A stretch of DNA of 64,000 bases, from positions 27,181 to 91,180 of the forward strand of contig JAPLFY010000117.1 in assembly GCA_026390435.1 (NCBI GenBank), read 5' to 3'. The translations under genes and the position numbers were made by a program. This stretch comes from Pseudomonadota bacterium. GTDB lineage: Bacteria > Bdellovibrionota_B > Oligoflexia > Oligoflexales > CAIYRB01. The notes under the pieces were generated by a model. It ran no database searches and had not been told where the DNA came from. It was given only the letters and a program-made list of their open reading frames with translations. Shown one piece after another: positions 1 through 9,597 of this stretch; positions within the stretch are counted from its first letter, which is position 1; each line of letters begins with the position of its first letter.

Positions 1-116
1 GGTGTGGTACCTCCTGCAGTGCGACCGCATGTGAATCGCGGACAATTTTCGAATCATATAAGTCCGGAGCGCCCATTCGCTCTGGCACTTAGATGCAGCA
101 CCTCAGGTGAATATAG

Positions 117-1370
117 TTGCGTAATAGTGAAAGGCGAGCTCAATTGAATACTACGACTGAAAATCAAAAGAAGAATAGCCCCGGCTTGACTAATCTACTT
201 TTGACCGGTGCCACTGGATTTGTGGGCAAAGCGGTCCTAGCGCGACTAGTGGGAAAACCGCAGTACGGTCGTATTTACCTTTTGGTTCGCACGCGTGGTA
301 ATGCTAACGCTGAATCGCGCGTGGCAGATGTGTTGCGGACCGTGTTCCCGTCAGATCAGGCTATGGCCCTGGCGAGTCGTATTATCCCAGTGGCCGGTGA
401 CTTTACTCTGCCCGGCATGGGACTGAGTGAGCAGGACATTGCTCTACTACGTGCCGATGTCCATCAAATCCTCCATTGCGGTGCCAGCACGGATTTTGGC
501 GCCCCCCTTGAGGAGGCCCGTCAGCAGAACACAGAGGGCACACGTCAAGTGCTCAATGTCGCACTAAACATGCGAGAGACTGGAGTTTTGCGTAGGCTCG
601 ATTACGTGTCCACTGCTTTCGTTGCCGGGATCAAGCGAGGCTTGGTCAACGAAAACGATCTAGATCGCGGCCAAGCTTTTGCCAATTCTTACGAACAGAG
701 CAAATTCGAGGCAGAAAAGCTACTCGCGGAATACGCAAATCGCCTGCCAATTACAATTTATCGACCATCTATAATAGTTGGGGACTCTACAACTGGCTAC
801 ACCCCCCACTTCAAGGTGCTCTACTGGCCAGTCCTGCTCTTAGCCAGAAAGATGACTTCACTGATCGTCTGCAATAAAAGGGCCTACCTCGACGTGGTGC
901 CAGTAGACTATGTTGCTGATGGAATAGTGGCGCTGATGCAGGAAGAATCGGCTCCAGGTCAAACTTTCCTGCTGTCAGCAGGATTAGGCAACGAAATAAA
1001 GATAGGCGAATTATTACGAGACGCAAATAAGTTTGCCGGGGTTCAGCCTGGTCGGTCATTACCGTTCTGGCTGTTCAAATGGATTAATAAAACCCCCTTG
1101 AGGCGGATGTTTTCCGAGCAGTTTCTTTCAGTCGTGGCATTAGCGAGTCCGTACCACTCCTATCTGGCGGGTAACGGCGTCCGCTTTGATGCAAGTAAAT
1201 CGCAGGAGATTCTAAAGAGACTTGGGGTCAGGAACCGTTTCTGGAAGAATTATAGGGAGCCGGTTCTTCGCTACTGTGTGGACTCACGGTGGGGCAAAAG
1301 ACTGCCACAGCCTGAGCACCAGTACTATATGCAGTGTGCACATGCATCTCGTGATCTCAATATGTTATAA
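117..1370 (+). CDS. NAD(P)-dependent thioester/fatty-acyl reductase-like SDR (NAD_binding_4 / male-sterility type)
   Basis: 417-aa ORF. Rossmann motif LLTGATGFVGK near the N-terminus, YEQSK (YxxxK) catalytic motif, and an RPSIIVGDSTTG block typical of thioester-reductase domains. TTG start preceded by AGGTGA. Confidence 0.72.
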   Translation: MRNSERRAQLNTTTENQKKNSPGLTNLLLTGATGFVGKAVLARLVGKPQYGRIYLLVRTRGNANAESRVADVLRTVFPSDQAMALASRIIPVAGDFTLPGMGLSEQDIALLRADVHQILHCGASTDFGAPLEEARQQNTEGTRQVLNVALNMRETGVLRRLDYVSTAFVAGIKRGLVNENDLDRGQAFANSYEQSKFEAEKLLAEYANRLPITIYRPSIIVGDSTTGYTPHFKVLYWPVLLLARKMTSLIVCNKRAYLDVVPVDYVADGIVALMQEESAPGQTFLLSAGLGNEIKIGELLRDANKFAGVQPGRSLPFWLFKWINKTPLRRMFSEQFLSVVALASPYHSYLAGNGVRFDASKSQEILKRLGVRNRFWKNYREPVLRYCVDSRWGKRLPQPEHQYYMQCAHASRDLNML

Positions 1371-1488
1371 TCTCAAAATATCTTCTAACGAGTAACCGTA
1401 TTCGATTTTCATAATCTTGGTGTTAGATATTTTCTGGGGGTTTTCCATGATGGTGCCCCCCTTACACGCGAGATACAAAGGCGATCCA

Positions 1489-2769
1489 ATGACCACAGCA
1501 GGGAATGCCGTTGGCCGGCCCGTTGTAATATTGGCAATGGCGGTATTTTTCGCCGCTTGCAAGCACAATGCGGTTCAAGGAATCGCCCGTGGATCTCGAG
1601 TTAGTTCCTTCATCATCGGCCAATTCACTCCAGCCACCGGTGATCCAGCTTGGGACAAGCTCTACATCACTATGTTGCGCAAAGACGGCGACCAAGCAAA
1701 GGTTGCGCAAAGCTTCGCAAAAGTGGATTTTCAAAATGGCAGTGCTGCCAACGTGACCCTTGTTATCCCGCAAGGTACCTATGACATCGCGATGAATTTT
1801 TCCGACACAAAAGGAGAGGTTCTATACAAAGTCTGCGCCGCAAGTAGCACCAAGCTCTACAACATAAATACGCCACAGTTTGAGGCTTCGATTCCTGTAT
1901 GCAAAATTGCGTCACAGACACCATCAGGATCAGTAGCCGTTACTCCAGCGAGTGAGGTTACCATCACTCCAATAGTTGGTGATGTTCTAGATTCTAAGCC
2001 TAACAGCGGCCAGCAACAAAATACGCAAAAAAATGATCCCGTCCAGAGTAGTAGCGGATGCGGATTAGCAGTAACAGAAACGGGAGTTAAAAACGTAACC
2101 CTGCAGGTCGGCAACCAGCAGCGCTCGATGATCCGTGTCGTAAATCCTGCCTTTCAAAATGCCCATACTCACGCACTTGTGATTGGCTTCCATGGATCTG
2201 GCCTCGATGGTAACTCGCCAAGAAACGATCACAAATGGCCGATCATCGAAGAACTTGGGAAAGACGAAGCCGTTTTCGTATATCCAAACGCAATCGGAGG
2301 CACATGGAATCCGTACGACGGAAGCGGTGATTTTACCTTCTTCGATGCCATCGTGAAATCTATCGGAGAAAAATATTGCATAGATAAGCGGCGCGTCATT
2401 GTCCACGGATTTAGTAATGGGAGTTATTTCGTCAATAGCCTTGTGGCGGAACGAATCGATGCTATTCGTGGTGTGATTTCGGTATCAGGAGGCGGATCAG
2501 GCTCGAAAAAGGCAGCCATGATTATTCACGGGAAATCTGACGGAACCATCGGATTTTACCCGTCAGCGCCTAACCTTGTCACTTCTTATGCGGCGGCAAA
2601 TGGCTGCCCTTTGCCAGTGGAATTTAACTCAAACAGTCAAGACTCATGTCATCTTCTCGACGGCTGCCCGAACGAATACCCCGTCTGGTACTGCCCATGG
2701 AGCGGTAACCATCATTGGCCGGAATTCACTTTGCCAACCGTCTGGCAATTTATCTCGTCTCTCAAGTAG
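1489..2769 (+). CDS. Secreted lipoprotein with C-terminal PHB-depolymerase/LpqC-type esterase domain
   Basis: ORF track gives 1417..2769. ATG 1489 gives MTTAGNAVGRPVVILAMAVFFAAC (signal plus lipobox). The C-terminal ~240 aa carry HGSGLDG, the HGFSNG nucleophile elbow and IIHG blocks. This region aligns along its full length with 21033..21890, including the shared ending NHHWPEFTLP.VW.FISSL. Confidence 0.65.
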   Translation: MTTAGNAVGRPVVILAMAVFFAACKHNAVQGIARGSRVSSFIIGQFTPATGDPAWDKLYITMLRKDGDQAKVAQSFAKVDFQNGSAANVTLVIPQGTYDIAMNFSDTKGEVLYKVCAASSTKLYNINTPQFEASIPVCKIASQTPSGSVAVTPASEVTITPIVGDVLDSKPNSGQQQNTQKNDPVQSSSGCGLAVTETGVKNVTLQVGNQQRSMIRVVNPAFQNAHTHALVIGFHGSGLDGNSPRNDHKWPIIEELGKDEAVFVYPNAIGGTWNPYDGSGDFTFFDAIVKSIGEKYCIDKRRVIVHGFSNGSYFVNSLVAERIDAIRGVISVSGGGSGSKKAAMIIHGKSDGTIGFYPSAPNLVTSYAAANGCPLPVEFNSNSQDSCHLLDGCPNEYPVWYCPWSGNHHWPEFTLPTVWQFISSLK

Positions 2770-3033
2770 TTTGTAGCTACATAACAAAGGTGAAGTGTAC
2801 AGCAGGGTTTTTCATCTTTGAAGCATACTGCACCTATGTATGAATTAACGAACCAAATCTACCCGTCGTAAGCCGTGTCGTTAGACCTTTGCAAATGCAC
2901 CTTCTAGGAGGCTTACAAAACTCTGTAGAGCCCCCAAGGCGCTAGCACATGAAGAACTAAATACAACTATCTGTTTTGTTAGACAGTGGTATGATCAATC
3001 CGTCAAAAAATACGACCATGGCGGAGAGTTTGC

Positions 3034-4350
3034 ATGACCTTCCATTACCCCGACTGGTCTGATCCTAATGTACTAGCCGATCCATATACCCATTATGATA
3101 AAATCCTCCACCAGAACCCTTTCGGGTTTGACGAGAGAACGAAGTCTTGGCTAGTTGCTTCCTACGAAGACTGCTTTCAGCTACTCAAAGACCCCCGGCT
3201 CACTGTAGAGCGCGGCCCGCTGTATCGCGCCTCATTACCGCAACATCCGGAGATCGACCGCCTAATCAGCTCACTAGAGCACTGGCTCGTATTCGTCGAT
3301 GGACCTAAGCATGAACGCCTGCGCGCTCCTATTATGCGAACTATAGCGAGCCAAACTCAGCGACTGGCCAAAGCACAAATAGAGATTGAGACAGCAGCCA
3401 TACTGGACAACCTACCGGGTCATGGGGACATCGATCTTGTCCGTGATGTCGCTTACAAGCTGCCAATCCATATGATTTGCCGACTGCTTGGCTTGCCCCT
3501 TACTGATGCCGAATTTTTGTTGAAAGAATCCAAAAAAGTAGCTTACTTTTTTGAACGATCTGCCGACATTTCCACAGCAATTAATGCCGCGGAGGGATTT
3601 GCAGCACTTGAGGATTATTTTAGCGCTGTAATCAGCGACAAGGCACAGCTTGAAGAAGATGATCTACTTAGTGGACTCTTAGCACTTAGAGAAGAATTGC
3701 CGGACCTCACGGTTGCAGACATCATTGGCAACGCCATATTCTTATTGGCTGCAGGTCACGAAACCGCCACTAGTCTAATCTCTTCTACTTTTGGACTACT
3801 TTTAACCAACCCCGATGAGCTGGCTCTACTGAAGGCTCAGCCTTCACTGGTCACCTCCGCAGTAGAAGAGGCGCTGCGTCTAGAACCCCCAGTGCAAAGG
3901 AATGGACGCTTGGTACGGGAAGATTTTCTGTGGAAAGGCCACCAACTACGGCGGGGCCAATGGGTGATGATTCTTATGGCCGCAGCCAACCGCGATCCAG
4001 CAATATTTCCTGACCCACATCGTTTCATGATCAACCGTGATAAACCTCGCCATTTAGCTTTCTCGAATGGACCGCACTATTGCGCTGGCGCTCACCTCGG
4101 TAGAATGGAAGCGGCCGCGATGATAGAGATGACTCTTAGGCTGTTTCCAAATATTGCGATGCGGGAGCCAACCCTGGCTTATCTCCCCAACCAGACTTTC
4201 AGATGTTTATCAAGATTGCCGGTGCGGCTCGGCAATCACAGAACGCTCCAAACACAAACAGAAAGCTTGGCGCAAGGTGATACATTAGTAAACTCCCTAG
4301 TAGACAAAGGTCAACGCCATGAAACTTCATGCGTTAGTCAAAACACTTAA
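3034..4350 (+). CDS. Cytochrome P450
   Basis: 438-aa ORF. I-helix AAGHETAT, ExxR (EEALRLEPP) and heme loop FSNGPHYCAGAHLGR (FxxGxxxCxG). GGAGAG RBS upstream of the ATG. Confidence 0.9.
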   Translation: MTFHYPDWSDPNVLADPYTHYDKILHQNPFGFDERTKSWLVASYEDCFQLLKDPRLTVERGPLYRASLPQHPEIDRLISSLEHWLVFVDGPKHERLRAPIMRTIASQTQRLAKAQIEIETAAILDNLPGHGDIDLVRDVAYKLPIHMICRLLGLPLTDAEFLLKESKKVAYFFERSADISTAINAAEGFAALEDYFSAVISDKAQLEEDDLLSGLLALREELPDLTVADIIGNAIFLLAAGHETATSLISSTFGLLLTNPDELALLKAQPSLVTSAVEEALRLEPPVQRNGRLVREDFLWKGHQLRRGQWVMILMAAANRDPAIFPDPHRFMINRDKPRHLAFSNGPHYCAGAHLGRMEAAAMIEMTLRLFPNIAMREPTLAYLPNQTFRCLSRLPVRLGNHRTLQTQTESLAQGDTLVNSLVDKGQRHETSCVSQNT

Positions 4351-5134
4351 CGATTTAGCGCCCCTGCACTATGCAGAATCTTGGGACAACGTCGGCTTGC
4401 TGGCTGGCGATCCTAATGAGCAAGTCACCAAAGCCATACTCACTGTTGATATGACCTTGGCGGTGATTAACGAAGCCCGAGCTAACGGCTGCCAATTAGT
4501 GATAGCCTACCATCCACCTATTTTTGACGGCCTAAAGCGCATTAATGCTTACTCGCCCGTGGGTGTAGCTTTGCGCAATGGGATTGCTATCTACTCGCCA
4601 CACACTGCTCTCGACGCTGCAGTTGGGGGCACAAATGACTACCTTGCGGACATAGCTGGGATGCAAACACGCGCTCCAATTCGGCCGATCTCTGAGCCAG
4701 GGGATCTGACGAAGCTAGCAGGCACTGCAGCGACCAACAGCATCGACCATATCGGCATGGGGCGGATTGGCGTGGTTGCACCCGTAACCTGTGCAGTGCT
4801 GATCGAGCGTGTCAAACACGGACTCGGGATTAAGCAAGTGCTGGTAGCCGGACCGATCGACCGCACTATCGAAAAAGTAGCAGTTGCCGCAGGGTCTGCA
4901 GGTGATTTACTGAAGGCAGCCAGAAGACTAGGCGCCGATGCCGTGATTACAGGCGAAGTTCGCCATCATGATGCACTTGCAGCCGCGGCAGCGGGAGTCA
5001 CCGTCATCTGCACACTTCACTCTTGTAGCGAGCGACGTGCACTTGACCCATTCCGAGAACGCCTCGCGCAGCGGCATCCAGCGGTGCAGTTCCTTGCAAG
5101 CGAGTGCGATGCAGACCCATTTCAGTTTGTCTAG
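4319..5134 (+). CDS. NIF3 family dinuclear-metal-centre protein (GTP cyclohydrolase 1 type 2 homolog)
   Basis: 271 aa. The N-terminal LAPLHYAESWDNVGLL, IAYHPPIF, SPHTALD and C-terminal TGEVRHHD blocks are characteristic of NIF3/YbgI. The start overlaps the P450 tail by 32 nt. Confidence 0.85.
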   Translation: MKLHALVKTLNDLAPLHYAESWDNVGLLAGDPNEQVTKAILTVDMTLAVINEARANGCQLVIAYHPPIFDGLKRINAYSPVGVALRNGIAIYSPHTALDAAVGGTNDYLADIAGMQTRAPIRPISEPGDLTKLAGTAATNSIDHIGMGRIGVVAPVTCAVLIERVKHGLGIKQVLVAGPIDRTIEKVAVAAGSAGDLLKAARRLGADAVITGEVRHHDALAAAAAGVTVICTLHSCSERRALDPFRERLAQRHPAVQFLASECDADPFQFV

Positions 5135-5256
5135 CGTGGCAACGCGCTTTAAAAAAAGGCAAAAATCCGGAATTTTTCAATTATTTTGGTTAATTTCGCC
5201 AATTAATTAATATAAGATTACGTCATTGCATTCCAATGATCGACCAAGGAATCCCA

Positions 5257-8151
5257 ATGACGCGCCCGTTTTGGCTGATGCTCGGATTTTTCTTATCTAT
5301 TCACCACGCCTGCCAGCCAGCATTCGGTCAAGGGACTTCCGAGTCACCCTCACTCAGCCAAAGTTCTCCGGCCATTCAATGGCGGATCATCACCACACCG
5401 TTTGTTCGTGTCGTCTACCCCAGCTACCTCGAGCAGACTGGCAATCAGGTGGCTAATTTAATCGACCACTACTCAAAGACTGTAGGCCAATCCTACGGCA
5501 TCGATGCCCCCCGGCAGTTCACACTAGTGCTACGCCCAGAAACGGCAGACCCAAATGGTTTTGTTACCTTGGCACCAAGGCGGAGTGAGTGGTTTCTCAA
5601 CAAAGCCGTCACGCCACTCGTTGGTGGCCTGGAGTTCACCCAGGCTCTGGCTATCCACGAATACAGGCACGTCAATCAATTCGACTATCTGAATCAGAGA
5701 TTTACTAAATTTATTTATTTCTTATTCGGCGAAACTGGTCAAGCAATTGCCACTAATATTGGGGTGCCAGATTGGTTTTACGAGGGCGATGCCGTCTGGG
5801 CTGAAACCACAAACACGGACGGAGGGCGCGGCCGTTCACCTAGGTTTTCTGAGCGACTCAAAGCTATGCTCACCAGCCAGCAAATACCCAGCTATGACCA
5901 GATGATCTCCGGCACCTATAAAACTGCCTGGCCGAATCATTATGTCTATGGCTATTTCCTAGTCACTCGCGCCTATCGACTTTATGGCAAGGACGTCTGG
6001 CGACGAGTCTTGGGCGAAACCGCATCATTCGCTCTGAATCCATATTTATTTTACCGTTCATTTAAAGAGGTCACCGATCAGAGTTTCGAGGACTATTATG
6101 ACGAGACTATGAAAGAGCTCGCTGACGCTTGGGAAAAAGAAAACAAGGTGGCGCCCTCCACGCAATCGGCTTCATATACTTCTTATCAATACCCGATCAC
6201 TGACATCGGTGGGACTGCTAAGGATTACTATCTCAAGCAAACCCTCGACTCCTACCTTGGACTTTACGAGCGTCAAGCTAGTGGCGAACGCTTGGTGCAC
6301 GAGTTCAATATCCAGACACAGCTGTCACGCATCGATCTCAAACACGGTATTGTCGCTTATGTCCAGGGGCTGCCCGATCCGCGCTATCAATACAGAGAGT
6401 ATAGCGACTTATTTATCTACAACCTTGCCTCTGATCAGACGACTCAGATTACTCAGAATAAGCGGTATTATCAGCCACAAATTAGCCCCGATGGCAAAAG
6501 CATATTGGTCATCGATTATGACCAAAAAAACCAGTGGCGCCTCACTGTCGTCGACCTAAATGGCAAAGCTCTGCAAGAGACAGCCTTCGCTGGCAAGGTC
6601 ATCGATGAGGCTGTCTGGCAAGATCAGAACACCTTGGTCGCTATCATGGAGGACGAAGAAGGCTACAAATCCATCGTCCGCATTAAACTCGGCGGAGCAG
6701 AAAGCAGTAATTTCCAAGACACTGCGTACAAAACCCTTCTAGGACGAACGCGCAACAATCTTTATTCACTTAATCTTGATGGCGAATCAGTTTATTTTGA
6801 GGCCGACTTTAAAGGCACGGTGCAAATTTTCAAGCTATCTATGAGCAGTGGTCGACTGTCCCAGTGTACGCAGGAAGCCATAGCCGCTCACCAGCCATTT
6901 GTGCACGCGGGGAAGCTTGACTATGTAAGCGTTATAGCAAGCGGCAGCACGATTACTAGGCAGCCCGCACAATGCACTGCAGTGGCTGTCAATGCACTGG
7001 CACCCTTCCAATATCTAGGCCAAGGCCCATCCGATAATTTTACCGGTACAAAACCGGTGACCATAGCCAATTATCCAGCGATGATCGCTGAGAGTCATCC
7101 GTCCGAAGACTACAGTCAATTGGACGGCGGCCTGAAACCCCACTCCTGGAGTTTTTTCGGTGGTCGCGGCCTCGCGCTATCGGGCAATGCAACCAATTAC
7201 CTAAACACCCTGAATTTGAACGCATCTGTCGGTCTAGATTCAGAGGAGAAGCGACCCTTTCAAAGAATTTCTCTCGAATTCATGAAGTACTATCCGGTGT
7301 TCTCTCTAACCGGTAACAATCGCGAGCGAAACACTACCAATACCGATACTCGTGAGCGAAATAACTGGCATGAATCCTCCGTTTTTTTCGGTACAAAAAT
7401 ACCCTATATTTACACTAGCGGCATGTATGACGGTATTCATCAGCTTAGCCTCGATCTAGGATATCAAGCCACTTCCCAGCACCCGAATGCAGCTCGCGCG
7501 GATATTAACGGCGACCGGATTGTTGTGACCGCGATCGGCTACAATTTTTCTTATCTGAAAAAGAAACGTTACAGAGAAATATTTAATCCATTGGGCCTTA
7601 CGCTCTATGGCGTTTACGAAAATGATCAAGCGCAGAAAAATCGCAATTTCTCATCCTGGATTCACTACGCTGAGGGTGCTTTTTATGCCCCTGGAGTCTT
7701 TACCAATCACGGCATGAAGTTCACAATCAGTGATCAACGCCGCGCCTACGGTGCAGATAAATACCAGCGGATCTCCTACGCCGACGCCGTCAATCAATAC
7801 GTATTCTCGCGCGGATTTGAATCCTACGTAGCGACTCACTATACCAAAGGCAGTTATGATTATGTGTTGCCGCTACTTTATCCAGACGCCAACGCAGATG
7901 GCTGGGTATACCTAAAACGAATCTACACCGACCTATTTTATGATTATACTCAAGTCTGGGATAACGATGATCCACTCGTAGCTGGAGCGCAGCGAGAGAT
8001 CTTAAAGAGCACTGGGGCCGAGTTTCTCTTTGACCTCAGACTTCTGCGCAAACTACCAATGACTTTCGGAATACGCGTCTATGAGCGCCTGCAGGGTCGA
8101 CATGAAAAGTTGAGGGCAGAAGGCTTTGTTGCCGCATCATCAACTTTCTAG
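5257..8151 (+). CDS. Large secreted protein: HExxH zinc-peptidase-like N-domain, TolB-like beta-propeller repeats, possible C-terminal beta-barrel
   Basis: ORF track gives 5236..8151. ATG 5257 has an AAGGAA RBS and gives signal peptide MTRPFWLMLGFFLSIHHACQPAFG. HExxH motif in ALAIHEYRHVNQF. SPDGKSILV-type propeller repeat. The sequence ends ...GFVAASSTF with a terminal Phe, as in outer-membrane barrels. Confidence 0.5.
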   Translation: MTRPFWLMLGFFLSIHHACQPAFGQGTSESPSLSQSSPAIQWRIITTPFVRVVYPSYLEQTGNQVANLIDHYSKTVGQSYGIDAPRQFTLVLRPETADPNGFVTLAPRRSEWFLNKAVTPLVGGLEFTQALAIHEYRHVNQFDYLNQRFTKFIYFLFGETGQAIATNIGVPDWFYEGDAVWAETTNTDGGRGRSPRFSERLKAMLTSQQIPSYDQMISGTYKTAWPNHYVYGYFLVTRAYRLYGKDVWRRVLGETASFALNPYLFYRSFKEVTDQSFEDYYDETMKELADAWEKENKVAPSTQSASYTSYQYPITDIGGTAKDYYLKQTLDSYLGLYERQASGERLVHEFNIQTQLSRIDLKHGIVAYVQGLPDPRYQYREYSDLFIYNLASDQTTQITQNKRYYQPQISPDGKSILVIDYDQKNQWRLTVVDLNGKALQETAFAGKVIDEAVWQDQNTLVAIMEDEEGYKSIVRIKLGGAESSNFQDTAYKTLLGRTRNNLYSLNLDGESVYFEADFKGTVQIFKLSMSSGRLSQCTQEAIAAHQPFVHAGKLDYVSVIASGSTITRQPAQCTAVAVNALAPFQYLGQGPSDNFTGTKPVTIANYPAMIAESHPSEDYSQLDGGLKPHSWSFFGGRGLALSGNATNYLNTLNLNASVGLDSEEKRPFQRISLEFMKYYPVFSLTGNNRERNTTNTDTRERNNWHESSVFFGTKIPYIYTSGMYDGIHQLSLDLGYQATSQHPNAARADINGDRIVVTAIGYNFSYLKKKRYREIFNPLGLTLYGVYENDQAQKNRNFSSWIHYAEGAFYAPGVFTNHGMKFTISDQRRAYGADKYQRISYADAVNQYVFSRGFESYVATHYTKGSYDYVLPLLYPDANADGWVYLKRIYTDLFYDYTQVWDNDDPLVAGAQREILKSTGAEFLFDLRLLRKLPMTFGIRVYERLQGRHEKLRAEGFVAASSTF

Positions 8152-8294
8152 GGGCATAGCCATAACCGAGCTCGGTCGCACTCATATATTTTACCAGATC
8201 ACGATAAGTCGCCCCTCCAGTCACGGCAACGTTTAGTCAGAACGTCGCCCCGTCGCGTGGACTGCTTAAAACACCATGTGAGTAATCATCGCGC

Positions 8295-9215
8295 CTAATC
8301 TCTAGACTTGAGACCAGGGACAAATTTCGATGGTGAATTTTGCTCGTTCCATTTGTCCACGGGAAAACTCAGGATCTTAAATTGATAGCCGGCGGGATCA
8401 TCGGCCAGAGCGCTAAAAAACTCATAGCCACTTTCATTTGCATTAATATCACCGTAGGAAATCACTCCTGTCGATTTCGCACCAAAGAACCCAAAGCCGC
8501 CGCGTACCACACAGACACTGCAAAAATTGCCGTAAATTTTCTCGTAACGGCTGCGCACTTCAACAGGCACAGCATCGTCACCTTCCATAAATTGGCCCAG
8601 CGTCCACCTTTCATCGAGCCCATGCAGCAGCCCTTTGCCCTCAGCCTGGTAGTACCACCATCCTTCTTCCAAAAAATGACCGATTTTATCCATTCCGACG
8701 AGTACTGTGCCCAAACGCATTACAGGAGAAATGCTATGATCGGCGGTAAGACGCGTTTTTTGCGATGGAAACTTGCCCGAAATAATACCAATAGGATTAT
8801 CGGAGTAGCGGGACTCACTAAATTTAATCGGTAATATCTCGTTCTTATTCGCATCCAACATATGAATGATGTCGAATTCAGTTTTTGATAGTTTGGATAT
8901 CTCAAGGCTCACATTTCCGAACGCGACGCCAAGCCCTGTACCCTGCTCAGCAACGGCCGTGCGATTCGCAAACTCCTGGATAAGCGTAGCAGTCATGACC
9001 TTGTCCCAGGGCAAATTATTTGGGTTCGCAGCGCTTCTAGCTTCCGCCAGCTTTTGATTCATATACTCATCAATCTTCGCCGACACATCGATCAGAGCAG
9101 CAGACCTCGCTGTTTCGCGATCATCTGTCTCCTGACGCAATTGCGAATTATTCTTGGCTTTGGCTTGTACACAACCCAAAAACAGTACTGACAGCAGTAG
9201 ATCCTTCGTTTTCAA
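8295..9215 (-). CDS. Hypothetical lipoprotein
   Basis: 306-aa ORF with MKTKDLLLSVLFLGC signal plus lipobox. No recognisable catalytic motif. Confidence 0.5.
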   Translation of the reverse strand: MKTKDLLLSVLFLGCVQAKAKNNSQLRQETDDRETARSAALIDVSAKIDEYMNQKLAEARSAANPNNLPWDKVMTATLIQEFANRTAVAEQGTGLGVAFGNVSLEISKLSKTEFDIIHMLDANKNEILPIKFSESRYSDNPIGIISGKFPSQKTRLTADHSISPVMRLGTVLVGMDKIGHFLEEGWWYYQAEGKGLLHGLDERWTLGQFMEGDDAVPVEVRSRYEKIYGNFCSVCVVRGGFGFFGAKSTGVISYGDINANESGYEFFSALADDPAGYQFKILSFPVDKWNEQNSPSKFVPGLKSRD

Positions 9216-9597
9216 GTTTTGCTCCTGACTGCACTATTGGTCGCCCAGTTGTTTCAATGCAAATGTGGGGCCAGATTTTGGAGCTGCAGTCACAGAAAAA
9301 GTATAGTGTTATCAGGCTAATGGGGTGAATCAAGTCAATGCCATCACTGTTTACAAGTTAAACAAAATGAAAATAAGTTTACAGAAATCCTCTACCCAAC
9401 GATCCCGGTATCATCCGGTCTAATATTTCAATCCTGAGGTTCGCGGCTCAAGTGGGATTCCCTCTTCCCTAGAGGCACTTATTAATGATAAAAAGTCCAA
9501 TCCCGTATTTTTTACAGGCGAGAATTTCAAATTCCAATTCATTGATCCTCAGCGGCCGCAGTCTTGACGTGCAAACTTGCATGAGAAGGCGTTTATA

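Noticed and set aside
8340-8834. 164-aa plus-strand ORF antisense to 8295..9215, and similar long antisense ORFs (e.g. 23502..23987, 11842..12252, 34192..34593)
   Set aside because: All lie wholly inside longer ORFs that carry recognisable domains or signal peptides. They have no RBS and an odd composition (Arg/Ser/Cys-rich).
9216-9597. c-di-GMP riboswitch or strong promoter upstream of the GH18-CE4-GT2 gene
   Set aside because: No GEMM-like conserved helices were recognised. A TTGACG and a TATAAT are present but 24 nt apart, and the TATAAT overlaps the start codon.
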